Shown here one piece after another: positions 40,089 through 49,868 of a DNA stretch of 64,000 nucleotides; positions within the stretch are counted from its first letter, which is position 1, and each line of letters opens with the position of its first letter. The DNA lies in assembly GCA_041397105.1 (NCBI GenBank), contig JAWKXJ010000009.1:1049-65048 (forward strand), written 5' to 3'. The position numbers and the translations under genes are program-made. Origin of the DNA: Paracoccaceae bacterium. GTDB taxonomy: Bacteria > Pseudomonadota > Alphaproteobacteria > Rhodobacterales > Rhodobacteraceae. The notes beneath the pieces are model-generated. The model was not told the DNA's origin, did not search any database, and saw only the letters and a program-made list of their open reading frames with translations.

Positions 40089-40602
40089 GCGCCCATCCAA
40101 TCGACATCAAAGTTTCCCGATCGAGCCGCCGCGTCAGAACAGGACACCCACATCACACACAACTCCACCCACCATCGGGGAGAGTGACCTACCCGACGCA
40201 GCACCCTTGCCGCCGGATCAGATGAATGCCCTTGACGAGCAACCGAGCCGGCAGAAAATACACCTGAGCAGCCGATCGAAACCGGATCATCCCGTCGTTT
40301 CGCCGGTGCGGTTACCCAATCATCCGCACAGGCGAAGATGTCGATTCGTGACCTTCCACCACAATGAAAATCCGGCCCAAGGCGACCCAATGTCAAGGCG
40401 ACCTACCGCCCGCTTGTCCACGCCGACGGTTTTTCTCCCCAGGGTAGATCGCGTGTTTCTGGCGCCTGCAAAAAGCGGGTTTTTTACGGTGACTGTCCCC
40501 GTCAAACGCCGCCGTTTTTTTGTAGCCTGTTGATGGCGGTTCTTGTTTCTTGTCGATCGCGTATGATCAAAGTCGGATGGGCGACCGGGGGTAGAAAGGC
40601 AC

Positions 40603-41709
40603 ATGTCCGGCAAAGACGACCCCAAAGGGCCGGTAGCGGATCGGGATGCGACCAATGCCGGCGTCTTGCGGACGGCATTGCACAGTTCCGTTCCCAGCCA
40701 TTTTCATGACCCGGTGGGGCTGACCTTCCGCATCCTGAAATCGGGGAACCGGGATGCGATTGCGGCACTTCTTCAGGCAGGGCTGCGGCTGGGGCTGGGA
40801 CCGGTCGATATGGCGCTGGCATGGTTCGCGCGACAGTCTGTCGCGAAGGGCGTCGCACCCGCCCGTCCGGTCCTTTTCGTCACCGGGCCGCCACGCAGCG
40901 GTACGACGCTGCTACACCAGCTTCTGATCCAGAATCTGCCAGTCGCCTATGTGACCAACCTGGCCAGCCTGATGCCCCACAGCGCGGCAGCCGGCGCAGC
41001 ACCACTGACAGCGTCGATTGCCAACGCCAGCGTAAGGCTTCAAAGCTATTACGGCAGGACCCGCGCCTTGTCGGGCCCGAGTGACGGGCTCGAATTCTGG
41101 GACCGATGGTTTGGCCCCGACAGGCGCGCCGTGCCGACACAGATACCGCCAGAGGCGGCGGCGGCGATGCGCTTCTTCTTCGGACGGCTTGAACAGAAGA
41201 CCGGGCGTCCTGTAGTCGCGAAGAACAACAACCTTATGGCTTCGGCCCATCTGGTCGCGGAAGTATTGCCAACGGCGCGGTTCGTCTGCCTCAGGCGCGA
41301 CCCCGTCTATCTCGGCCAATCGCTGCTGAAGGCGCGCAAGGACATCCACGGGACAAGCGACATCAGCTACGGTATCGACGACCTGGCGAGTGCCCCAAAT
41401 ATGCCGGTGGACGCGGTCGAAGATGTGTGCCGACAGGTCCGGTTCTACGACGAGTTGCAGCAACGGCAGGCTGCTCGGCTGGGTCGGGACCGGTTTATCG
41501 TGATCGGGTACGAAGACCTTTGCCGTGACCCGGCCGCAGTCGTGAAGCGGCTGGGCCATGACATTCTCGGCCTGACGAGCGATGTGCGGCCTATCGCGCC
41601 CCTGTCGGCCAGCCGCACCCGAAACCTCGACAATGACGAGTTCCGTCGTCTCGCCGAGCGGATCGGTTCGCAGGGCGACGCCCGCACGGCCCTGCCACCC
41701 GGGCGGTAA
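40603..41709 (+). CDS. sulfotransferase family protein
   Basis: The PAPS 5'-phosphosulfate-binding loop is VLFVTGPPRSGTTLLHQLL. The later FVCLRRDP fits a 3'-phosphate-binding motif context. Confidence 0.7.
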   Translation: MSGKDDPKGPVADRDATNAGVLRTALHSSVPSHFHDPVGLTFRILKSGNRDAIAALLQAGLRLGLGPVDMALAWFARQSVAKGVAPARPVLFVTGPPRSGTTLLHQLLIQNLPVAYVTNLASLMPHSAAAGAAPLTASIANASVRLQSYYGRTRALSGPSDGLEFWDRWFGPDRRAVPTQIPPEAAAAMRFFFGRLEQKTGRPVVAKNNNLMASAHLVAEVLPTARFVCLRRDPVYLGQSLLKARKDIHGTSDISYGIDDLASAPNMPVDAVEDVCRQVRFYDELQQRQAARLGRDRFIVIGYEDLCRDPAAVVKRLGHDILGLTSDVRPIAPLSASRTRNLDNDEFRRLAERIGSQGDARTALPPGR

Positions 41710-41784
41710 AAACGACGTCCTTGGATGCCCATGTGGCGCAGAACCCCGGCAAAATCAGCCGGAGAGCGACGACATGTGACCCCC

Positions 41785-42480
41785 TCAGGTCACGGCGAAC
41801 AGCCAATCCAGAAATCCGTAGAACCAGGCAGCCATCGCCGCATCATGCGCCATCATCAGGCGATCCTGTTCGGCCCTTGTCTGTGCGCCGGGTTCGCCAT
41901 AGGCCGCCCAGGGCTCATCCTGCCAGCGGCGGAACCCCTCGATCGTCACTTCCGGGTGAAACTGAACGCCAAAGGTCCGCGCGCCCATCCGGAATGCCTG
42001 ATTTCGGCATCCTTCCCCCGTTGCCAGGTGAACCGCCCCCTTCGGTATGGCGAAGGTATGAAAATGCGCCTCGACCATATGCATCTTCTGCGGGAGAAAG
42101 TCGCGCCCCGCTTCCGTCGGTGAAACAGGGTAATAGCCGAACTCGTGCAGCGGCGGGTCGCATGGTGCGACCTCTGCACCCAGAAGGCGCGCGATCTGCT
42201 GCGCTCCCTGACAGATGCCAAGAACCGGCAGATCGCGATCCATGCAGCGCGCGATCCAGTCGGCCTCATCCCGCAGGAAGGGAAAGCGGTCTTCTTCGAA
42301 AACGGCAAACGGCCCGCCAAAGACAACTGTGCCGGCGACATCCGGCCCGAGGTCATCCAAGGCTTCACCCTTGAAGGGCCGCCGGAACACGGGTTCAAAC
42401 CCGCGCGTGACGGCGAATGACACGACACGATCATCCGGCGGGTTGTCGCCGTGCCGCACCAATACGATCTTTCGCGTCAT
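41785..42480 (-). CDS. class I glutamine amidotransferase-like protein
   Basis: A GATase1 nucleophile elbow (VLGICQGAQQIA) plus FGVQFHPE. 231 aa. Confidence 0.8.
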   Translation of the reverse strand: MTRKIVLVRHGDNPPDDRVVSFAVTRGFEPVFRRPFKGEALDDLGPDVAGTVVFGGPFAVFEEDRFPFLRDEADWIARCMDRDLPVLGICQGAQQIARLLGAEVAPCDPPLHEFGYYPVSPTEAGRDFLPQKMHMVEAHFHTFAIPKGAVHLATGEGCRNQAFRMGARTFGVQFHPEVTIEGFRRWQDEPWAAYGEPGAQTRAEQDRLMMAHDAAMAAWFYGFLDWLFAVT

Positions 42481-42545
42481 TCGGTCACGCCCAGCATTCG
42501 CATTTTGCGCCAGTGAGCAGTGGTCTCACCTGGCATTTGCGGCAG

Positions 42546-42570
42546 GGCCGGCCGGTTGCTCCGGCCGGCC
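42546..42570 (-). terminator. GC hairpin immediately downstream of leuA (terminator-like, no U-tract)
   Basis: GGCCGGCCGG-TTGCT-CCGGCCGGCC is a perfect 10-bp stem, 11 nt after the leuA stop. Confidence 0.45.
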
Positions 42571-42580
42571 GCTGCCAATC

Positions 42581-44137
42581 TCAGGAGGCGGTTCTCTGTT
42601 CGTCGCGCGGCTTGGTCTTTTCACGCCGGACGACAAGGTTGTTCAGCGCATTGACATAGGCCTTGGCGCTCGCCACCACCGTATCGGTATCCGATGACTG
42701 GCCGGTAACGATCTTGCCGCCCTCCTCCAGCCGCACCGACACCGTTGCCTGCGCATCGGTGCCTTCGGTCACAGCATGGACCTGATAGAGGGCCAGCCGC
42801 GCGGTATGCGGGAAGAGCATCTTGACCGCGTTGAAGGTCGCATCGACGGGGCCATCGCCCTGCGCCGTCACCTGATGATCCGTGCCGTCAATCGTCAGGA
42901 TCAGGTCGGCCGATTGCGGCGCCTCGGTGCCGCAGATCACCCGCAGGAACTTTACCTGCATCTGGCCCTCGGACGACACGGAATCCGTCATCAGCGCAAT
43001 CAGGTCGTCGTCATAGACCTCCTTCTTGCGGTCAGCGAGCGCCTTGAAGCGAACGAAGACATCATTCAGCTGGTTGTCGGCCAGTTCATAGCCGAGATCC
43101 TTCAGCTTGGCACGAAGCGCGGCCCGCCCGGAATGCTTGCCCATGACGAGATTGGTGGCAGCCAGACCGATGTCCTCAGGCCGCATGATCTCGAACGTCT
43201 CGGCGTTCTTCAGCATCCCGTCCTGATGGATGCCGCTTTCATGGGCAAAGGCGTTCTTGCCGACAATCGCCTTGTTGAACTGCACCGGAAAGCCTGAAAC
43301 GGCGGCCACCCGGCGCGAAACGTTCATGATCTTTGTCGTGTCGATGCCCGTACGGTAAGGCATGATGTCGTTGCGGACCTTCAAGGCCATCACGACCTCT
43401 TCCAGCGCGGTGTTGCCCGCGCGTTCACCGAGCCCGTTGATGGTGCATTCGATCTGCCGCGCGCCGGCTTCAACAGCCGCCAGCGAATTGGCCGTCGCCA
43501 TGCCCAGATCGTTGTGGCAGTGGGTGGCAAAGACGATCCCATCGGCGCCCGGAACGCGTTCGATCAGCATGCGGATCAGATCGGCGCTTTCGCGCGGTGC
43601 GGTATAGCCGACCGTGTCGGGAATATTGATCGTCGTTGCCCCTGCCTTGATCGCGATTTCCACCACCCGGCAGAGATAGTCATGTTCCGTCCGCGTCGCG
43701 TCCATCGGCGACCACTGGACGTTGTCGCAGAGATTGCGGGCGTGTGTCACCGTTTCATGGATACGTTCCGCCATCTGATCCATATCGAGATTGGGGATGG
43801 CGCGGTGAAGGGGCGATGTGCCGATGAAGGTGTGGATGCGGGGGCGTTTGGCGTGGCGAACCGCCTCCCAGCAGCGGTCGATGTCTTTGAATTGCGCGCG
43901 CGCCAGACCGCAGATCACCGCCGTCTTCGCCTGTTTTGCAATGGCGCTGACGGCTTCAAAATCGCCCTCCGAAGCGATGGGAAACCCCGCTTCGATGATA
44001 TCCACGCCCATCTCATCGAGCAGTTCGGCAATTTCCAGTTTTTCGGCATGGGTCATGGTTGCGCCGGGCGATTGTTCGCCGTCACGCAGCGTGGTGTCGA
44101 AAATCACCACGCGGTCCTGCTTTGATTTGTCTTTCAT
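42581..44137 (-). CDS. leuA: 2-isopropylmalate synthase
   Basis: VVIFDTTLRDGEQSPG...HCHNDLGMATANSLAAVEAGARQIECTINGLGERAGN, plus the C-terminal LeuA dimerisation/regulatory domain. 518 aa. Confidence 0.95.
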   Translation of the reverse strand: MKDKSKQDRVVIFDTTLRDGEQSPGATMTHAEKLEIAELLDEMGVDIIEAGFPIASEGDFEAVSAIAKQAKTAVICGLARAQFKDIDRCWEAVRHAKRPRIHTFIGTSPLHRAIPNLDMDQMAERIHETVTHARNLCDNVQWSPMDATRTEHDYLCRVVEIAIKAGATTINIPDTVGYTAPRESADLIRMLIERVPGADGIVFATHCHNDLGMATANSLAAVEAGARQIECTINGLGERAGNTALEEVVMALKVRNDIMPYRTGIDTTKIMNVSRRVAAVSGFPVQFNKAIVGKNAFAHESGIHQDGMLKNAETFEIMRPEDIGLAATNLVMGKHSGRAALRAKLKDLGYELADNQLNDVFVRFKALADRKKEVYDDDLIALMTDSVSSEGQMQVKFLRVICGTEAPQSADLILTIDGTDHQVTAQGDGPVDATFNAVKMLFPHTARLALYQVHAVTEGTDAQATVSVRLEEGGKIVTGQSSDTDTVVASAKAYVNALNNLVVRREKTKPRDEQRTAS

Positions 44138-44214
44138 CGTCTTGGCTTTCCTTGTTCCTTAGCGTTTTGCCGGCGCGCTATCCGTCCTCTGAGCGGTCGC
44201 GCCAACCGGCACGC

Positions 44215-44304
44215 TCAGAGGCGGCTAAGGAGCAGAAGGTCACAGAGCGGCAGGGCGCGGTCTGCGCCCAGCATATGGCCGTGGATATGCTGGCTCGGTG
44301 TCAT
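44215..44304 (-). promoter_or_regulatory. candidate leuA leader peptide (29 aa, Leu-rich) with overlapping stem-loop
   Basis: Own translation gives MTPSQHIHGHMLGADRALPLCDLLLLSRL*, with four consecutive Leu codons CTT CTG CTC CTT (44227-44238). A 10-bp inverted repeat, CCTCTGAGCG...CGCTCAGAGG (44186-44195 / 44212-44221), spans the stop codon. Confidence 0.35.
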
Positions 44305-44399
44305 GGCGGCGACTATAAGCACGGCGAACGAAAGGAAAAGCAAAAAATCGCCTTGCGGTCACGTTCGTGGGCAAGATGTTGCGGCTTCGTGCGCGATGA

Positions 44400-45824
44400 T
44401 CAGTTGGCCGTTCCTTCGGCGGCGGCAGGTGCGGTCAGGGTACCATCCTGCCATGCGCCCTCGGCGGTTTCGCCGGTCGCGTAGCGCATGACACCCTGCC
44501 CCTGACGCTTGCCGGCGCGAAAATTGCCTTCGTAGACATCGCCATTGGCATAGGTGGCGACACCCACCCCGTCCATTTCGCCCGCAACCCAGCTGCCGAC
44601 ATACCGGAACCCGTCCGGCATCACGATTTCGCCCTGCCCTTCACGCTGCCCGCCGGAAAACTGGCCGGTATAGACCGTGCCGTCGGCATAGTTCGCCGTG
44701 CCGGAGCCCTGGCGCTGCCCATCAACCCATTCGCCGGTGTAGGAATAGCCGTCCGGGTAGGTCATCTTGCCCTGGCCGTGGTTCTTTCCGGCGACGAAAG
44801 CGCCGACATAGACCAGTCCATTGGCGTAAGAGGCAGTCCCTTCACCCTCGATCACGCCCTCCTTCCAGTCGCCTTCATAGGTCGAACCGTCGGCGTAGCT
44901 AATCTTTCCCTTTCCGTTCGCGAGATCATTGGCGAAATCGCCTTCGTAGACGGAACCGTCGGGATAGGTCACCTTGCCCTTGCCCTCGATCCGCCCCTCG
45001 GACCAGGCGCCGTCATAGACATAGCCATCCGCACCCCGGAAGACCCCCTGGCCCTGCCGCCGGTCGGCCTCGAAATTGCCTTCATAAACATCGCCGTTGG
45101 CATAGGTGAACTTGCCGGGCCCCTGCCGCTTGCCATTGACAAGCGTCCCTTCGAACACGTCGCCATTGGCCTGGGTCAGCTTGCCCTCGCCATTCATCTG
45201 GCCTTCCTGCCAGCCGCCCTCGTAGACGAGGCCATCGGCGAGCGTCAGCTTGCCCTGCCCGGCGCGCTGACCGTTGATCATGTCGCCTTCGTAGACCGCA
45301 CCATCGGGGTAGACGATGCGCCCCTTGCCTTCCTTCACCCCGTTGACCCAGTCGCCTTCGTAGCTGTAGCCGCCGGGATTTTCCATTTTCCCTTTGCCGT
45401 TGTGCAGGGCCTTGGAAAAGCTGCCGGTATAGACCACGCCATTGGCATAGCGGGCGACGCCTTCGCCTTCGATTTCGCCCTCGACCCAGTCACCTTCGTA
45501 AACGCCGCCATCCGCAAAGGTGATCTTGCCCTTGCCATGGGGCTTGCCCTTGACGAACTGGCCCTCATAGACCGACCCGTTGGGGTAGCGGGCAACACCC
45601 TGGCCGAGAATTTCGCCCTCGACCCAGTCGCCGTTGTATTCATAGCCATTCGGCAGCCGATAGATGCCCTTGCCGTGCTGAAGCCCGTCCTTGAACGTGC
45701 CTTCATAGAGGCCGCCGTCCTCATATTCCTTGCTGATGATTTCCTGGCCCGCCGCCAAACTCGCCGTAACGATCAGGGCTGCCGCCATAGCCGCCCGAAT
45801 CCCTTTGCCACCGAAACCAGCCAT
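44400..45824 (-). CDS. secreted MORN-repeat protein
   Basis: The start at 45824 (MAGFGGKGIRAAMAAALIVTASLAAGQ) looks like a signal peptide. About 18 consecutive 23-aa units of the form YxGxWxxGxxxGxGxxxxxxG follow. The track ORF extension to 46211 is rejected. Confidence 0.85.
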   Translation of the reverse strand: MAGFGGKGIRAAMAAALIVTASLAAGQEIISKEYEDGGLYEGTFKDGLQHGKGIYRLPNGYEYNGDWVEGEILGQGVARYPNGSVYEGQFVKGKPHGKGKITFADGGVYEGDWVEGEIEGEGVARYANGVVYTGSFSKALHNGKGKMENPGGYSYEGDWVNGVKEGKGRIVYPDGAVYEGDMINGQRAGQGKLTLADGLVYEGGWQEGQMNGEGKLTQANGDVFEGTLVNGKRQGPGKFTYANGDVYEGNFEADRRQGQGVFRGADGYVYDGAWSEGRIEGKGKVTYPDGSVYEGDFANDLANGKGKISYADGSTYEGDWKEGVIEGEGTASYANGLVYVGAFVAGKNHGQGKMTYPDGYSYTGEWVDGQRQGSGTANYADGTVYTGQFSGGQREGQGEIVMPDGFRYVGSWVAGEMDGVGVATYANGDVYEGNFRAGKRQGQGVMRYATGETAEGAWQDGTLTAPAAAEGTAN

Positions 45825-46065
45825 TCTCTCTCCCAGCCTCTTCACTGCGCCCAGATTTCCAAGTCGTTTCCGGGCATTGGCTCGACCCACCCGCGCGAGC
45901 GCCCCTGATCGGGTCGCCTTTTCCGGGTGGAACCCTAGTTGCCGGAACCCCCTATGACAAGATACTCGAACACGACAAGGCCGCATCCGGCAGTTGCGGG
46001 CCGATCCATGACTTTCCCTTGCCCGCAGGTCTGATAAGAGAGTGGCAGGCAAGACAGGACGACAC

Positions 46066-47724
46066 ATGGCCGAGAGATTCCGCCTGACGCTGGCGCAAAT
46101 GAACCCGACCGTCGGGGCGATTGCGGCCAATGCCGCGAAGGCCCGGACGGCCTGGGCCGAGGGCCACGCCGCGGGCGCCGACATGGTCGCGCTGACGGAG
46201 ATGTTCATCACCGGTTATCAGACCCAGGATCTGGTGATGAAGCCGGCCTTCGCCAAAGATGCGATGGCAGCGATTGAGGCGCTGGCGCGCGACTGTGCCG
46301 ATGGCCCGGCCCTCGGGATCGGCGGCCCCTATCTGGATCAAAGCGGGCTTTATAATGCCTATTGGGTGTTGAAGGACGGCAAGGTCATGGCACGTGTCCT
46401 GAAGCATCACCTGCCGAATGACACCGTCTTTGACGAAGAACGGCTTTATGAATCGGCACCGGTCAGCGGGCCTTATGCCGTCGGACCGGTCCGCATCGGC
46501 ACGCCGATCTGCGAAGATGCCTGGTATGACGATGTGACCGAGACGCTGGCCGAAACGGGGGCAGAGATACTGCTCGTTCCGAACGGATCGCCCTATTACC
46601 GCGACAAGTACGACCGCCGCGTCGCCATCATGGTATCGCGGGTAATTGAGACGAAGCTGCCGCTCGTCTACCTCAACATGGTGGGCGGACAGGACGATCA
46701 GGTCTTCGATGGCGGGTCATTCGTGCTCAATCCCGGCATCGAGCTTGCGGCGCAGTTGCCCTTGTTCGACGACTGCATCCGGCATGTCGATTTCGAACGA
46801 AAAGAGACCGGCTGGCGCGCCGTGCGGACAGAGCTAGAACCCATTCCCGACGAATGGGAGCAGGACTATCGCGCGATGGTTCAGGCGTTGCGCGACTATA
46901 TGGGCAAGACCGGGTTTTCGAAGGTCCTTCTCGGCCTTTCGGGCGGCGTCGACAGTGCCATTGTCGCCACGATCGCGGTGGATGCGCTCGGCCCGGAAAA
47001 GGTGCGTTGTGTGATGCTGCCGTCGGAATATACCTCCGCCCATTCGCTGGAAGATGCGGCCTCGGTCGCGTCGGCGCTTGGTTGCCGGCTCGACAATGTA
47101 CCGATCTCGGGCGCGCGTGCCTCCGTGACAGAGTCGTTGGCCTCACTCTTTGCCGGAACCGAACCGGGGATCGCGGAGGAAAACATCCAGTCCCGCCTCA
47201 GGGGGCTCCTCCTCATGGCGCTGTCGAACAAGTTTGGCGAAATGCTCCTGACGACCGGCAACAAGTCCGAGGTCGCGGTGGGTTATGCGACAATCTACGG
47301 CGACATGGCGGGCGGGTATAACCCGATCAAGGATCTCTACAAGATGCGGGTTTTCGAGACCTGCCGCTGGCGGAACCGCAATCACCGGCCATGGATGAAG
47401 GGGCCGGCGGGCGTTGTCATCCCGGACCGGGTCATCGAGAAACCGCCTTCGGCGGAACTGCGCGAAAACCAGAAGGACGAAGACAGCCTGCCGCCCTATC
47501 CGGTGCTGGACGCTATTCTGGAACGGCTGATCGAGGGCGATCAATCGGTTGCCGACGTGGTCGCGGCTGGCTACGACCGTGCCACTGTCAAAAAGGTGGA
47601 ACACCTGATCTATATCAGCGAATACAAGCGCTTTCAGTCGGCACCCGGGGTCAGGCTGACGAAGAAAGCCTTCTGGCTCGACCGCCGTTATCCCATCGTC
47701 AATCGCTGGCGGGACGAAACCTAG
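46066..47724 (+). CDS. nadE: glutamine-dependent NAD+ synthetase
   Basis: The N-terminal C-N hydrolase domain reads RLTLAQMNPTVG...TEMFITGY...ICEDAW. The C-terminal NAD synthetase domain has the SGGVDS P-loop. Confidence 0.93.
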   Translation: MAERFRLTLAQMNPTVGAIAANAAKARTAWAEGHAAGADMVALTEMFITGYQTQDLVMKPAFAKDAMAAIEALARDCADGPALGIGGPYLDQSGLYNAYWVLKDGKVMARVLKHHLPNDTVFDEERLYESAPVSGPYAVGPVRIGTPICEDAWYDDVTETLAETGAEILLVPNGSPYYRDKYDRRVAIMVSRVIETKLPLVYLNMVGGQDDQVFDGGSFVLNPGIELAAQLPLFDDCIRHVDFERKETGWRAVRTELEPIPDEWEQDYRAMVQALRDYMGKTGFSKVLLGLSGGVDSAIVATIAVDALGPEKVRCVMLPSEYTSAHSLEDAASVASALGCRLDNVPISGARASVTESLASLFAGTEPGIAEENIQSRLRGLLLMALSNKFGEMLLTTGNKSEVAVGYATIYGDMAGGYNPIKDLYKMRVFETCRWRNRNHRPWMKGPAGVVIPDRVIEKPPSAELRENQKDEDSLPPYPVLDAILERLIEGDQSVADVVAAGYDRATVKKVEHLIYISEYKRFQSAPGVRLTKKAFWLDRRYPIVNRWRDET

Positions 47725-49790
47725 CCCGCGGCCAGCGCAGTGACCTCGCGCCGGAAGGGCATCGCATCGCCGAACTCCGGCGCATCGAGGTCGCGGGCGT
47801 AGCGGTGCCCGGCAAATGTGGCCCAGGCGATGGGACCGGGCGCGGCGGCATCCCCGATCAGTCGTACCGACCGGATGCCGGCATCGGCCCAGTCCCCTTC
47901 CCGCACCATCAGGTCGTGATAAAGCGCGTCATCGGACCGGCGCGACGTGACGAGGATAACCGCATCGCAGGCGAGGGTTTCTCTTGTATCGGTATAAACG
48001 CAGTTCGTCTCCACACCGCCGGCACGTATCGCAGAGACACCGTGGTTCAGGATGATCCTGACACCGATACGCGCGAGCCGGCTGTGGATCGCCGCCTGCT
48101 CCAGCGTATTGCGCGCCCAGTCCGACACATAGGGCGCGGGGGTGACGAGTGTGACCTCGCATCCCTTCTGCACCAACAACTCGGCCAGAACCCCGCCCAT
48201 GTAATAGTGATCGTCGTCGTAAACGACGACCCTGCCACCCGGCAGCCGACCCTCCATGATGTCGTCCGGTGAAAAGACCGGCATTTCCAAAGCCATCGGC
48301 ATCGCCACGACATGCTGGCGCGCAACGCCATCGCGGCGCCAGACCGCGCCGGTGGCGATACAGACATTTTCGAAACCGAACTCCAGAACCTGCGCGGCAT
48401 CAAGCGCCGATCCGACATAGGTTTCGACGTTCGGGCGCTGGGAAAGCTGGTAGTGCCGGTAGTCCACCACGCGGCCCCATGCAGACAGGCCCGGCAACAG
48501 ACGTTCGCGCGCGACCCGGCCGCCGATAACCTCTCGCGCCTCGGCGACGGCCACGTCATAGCCGCGCCGCGACAGCGCCAGCGCCGCCTCAAGGCCCGCC
48601 GGGCCAGAGCCGACGACAAGCACATTGCCGCTGTTACCTTTCGGGTTCATCCGTTCGGGGTGCCAGCCCCGCCGCCATTCCTCCATCCAGGTCGGGTTCT
48701 GGGTGCAGCGCCCCATGCCCTGCGTCATGTCGCCTGTGATGCAGATATTGCAGCCGATGCATTCACGGATGTCTTCGATGCGGCCTTCCTCAATCTTCTT
48801 CGGCAGGAACGGGTCCGCGATGGACGGCCGGGCGCAACCGATGAAGTCGAGCACACCCTGCCGGATCATCCGAACCATGACATCGGGCGAGGTGAAGCGA
48901 CCGACGCCGACAACCGGCCTGTCGGTCAGGTCGCGGATGCCTTTCACGAGAACCTCTTGCGCGGCCTCGTCCTTGAACCGGGAGGGGCCGGAACAATCCT
49001 CCCACGTCCCCTGTGCAAGGTCCCAAAGGTCGGGCAGGTCGCGGTTCATGTCGATGAAGTCCCGCAACTCGGCATTGGAAAAGCCAAGTTCGCCAATGGT
49101 CTCGTCCAGCGAAACACGCAAGGTCAGCGCCATCCGGTCGCCGACGGCATCGCGCATGTCCGCGATGACTTCGCGGCAGAAACGCGCGCGGTTTTCAAGA
49201 CTGCCGCCATATTCGTCGCTGCGCTGGTTCGTGGCGCGGCTGAGGAAATGCTGAAAGATGCCGAAGCCATGCGCGCCGTAAAGGCAGATGAGATCGAAGC
49301 CCGCCGCCTTCGACCGAATTGCTGCATTCACGAACCACCGCCTGAGATTTCGAATGTCGGTCTTGTCCATCGCGCGGGCCTGCACGGGGTCATTCGTGAA
49401 GGTGCGGATCGGCAATGCGGTCGGCGCCAGTGGCACCTCCTTTGTGTAGAGGTTCGGCCCGTTGATGCCGGAATAGGCAAGCTGGATGCCGGCAAGTGCG
49501 CCATGAGTCTTCATCCGCTCCGCCATGCGCGCGATCGCGGGAATATCCTGATCCTCCCACAGGCGCAGCTCGATGAAGGGCGTGATTTCCGAGGAATGGT
49601 GCATTTCGGTCTGTTCGGTGAAGATCACGCCCCAGCCGCCTTCGGCCTTCACCCCCCGCATCTCGGCTGCCGCCGACGGATCGCGATAGCCGCCGCCATT
49701 GCAATGGGGAACCTGATAGAAACGGTTCTTCGCCGTTACCGGGCCGATCCGCATCGGTTCGAACAAGATATCATAACGAGGGTCGCGCAT
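47721..49790 (-). CDS. trimethylamine/dimethylamine/histamine dehydrogenase-family FMN + 4Fe-4S + ADP-binding flavoprotein
   Basis: The N-terminus FYQVPHCNGGG carries the Cys used for 6-S-cysteinyl-FMN in TMADH. The CIGCNICI...C Fe-S motif and the VLVVGSGPAGLEAA dinucleotide fold are present. 689 aa. Confidence 0.8.
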   Translation of the reverse strand: MRDPRYDILFEPMRIGPVTAKNRFYQVPHCNGGGYRDPSAAAEMRGVKAEGGWGVIFTEQTEMHHSSEITPFIELRLWEDQDIPAIARMAERMKTHGALAGIQLAYSGINGPNLYTKEVPLAPTALPIRTFTNDPVQARAMDKTDIRNLRRWFVNAAIRSKAAGFDLICLYGAHGFGIFQHFLSRATNQRSDEYGGSLENRARFCREVIADMRDAVGDRMALTLRVSLDETIGELGFSNAELRDFIDMNRDLPDLWDLAQGTWEDCSGPSRFKDEAAQEVLVKGIRDLTDRPVVGVGRFTSPDVMVRMIRQGVLDFIGCARPSIADPFLPKKIEEGRIEDIRECIGCNICITGDMTQGMGRCTQNPTWMEEWRRGWHPERMNPKGNSGNVLVVGSGPAGLEAALALSRRGYDVAVAEAREVIGGRVARERLLPGLSAWGRVVDYRHYQLSQRPNVETYVGSALDAAQVLEFGFENVCIATGAVWRRDGVARQHVVAMPMALEMPVFSPDDIMEGRLPGGRVVVYDDDHYYMGGVLAELLVQKGCEVTLVTPAPYVSDWARNTLEQAAIHSRLARIGVRIILNHGVSAIRAGGVETNCVYTDTRETLACDAVILVTSRRSDDALYHDLMVREGDWADAGIRSVRLIGDAAAPGPIAWATFAGHRYARDLDAPEFGDAMPFRREVTALAAG

Positions 49791-49868
49791 TCCTGAAACT
49801 CCGGCCGGGTCGACAAGCCGACCTTAGGCCGGGAATGAGGGGTTCGGGAAGGGGCCGGACGCGTGTCG

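Noticed and set aside
44778-45908. 376-aa plus-strand ORF with a repetitive sequence.
   Set aside because: It is the antisense read-through of the MORN-repeat gene. Its periodicity comes from the 69-nt repeat of the true minus-strand gene.
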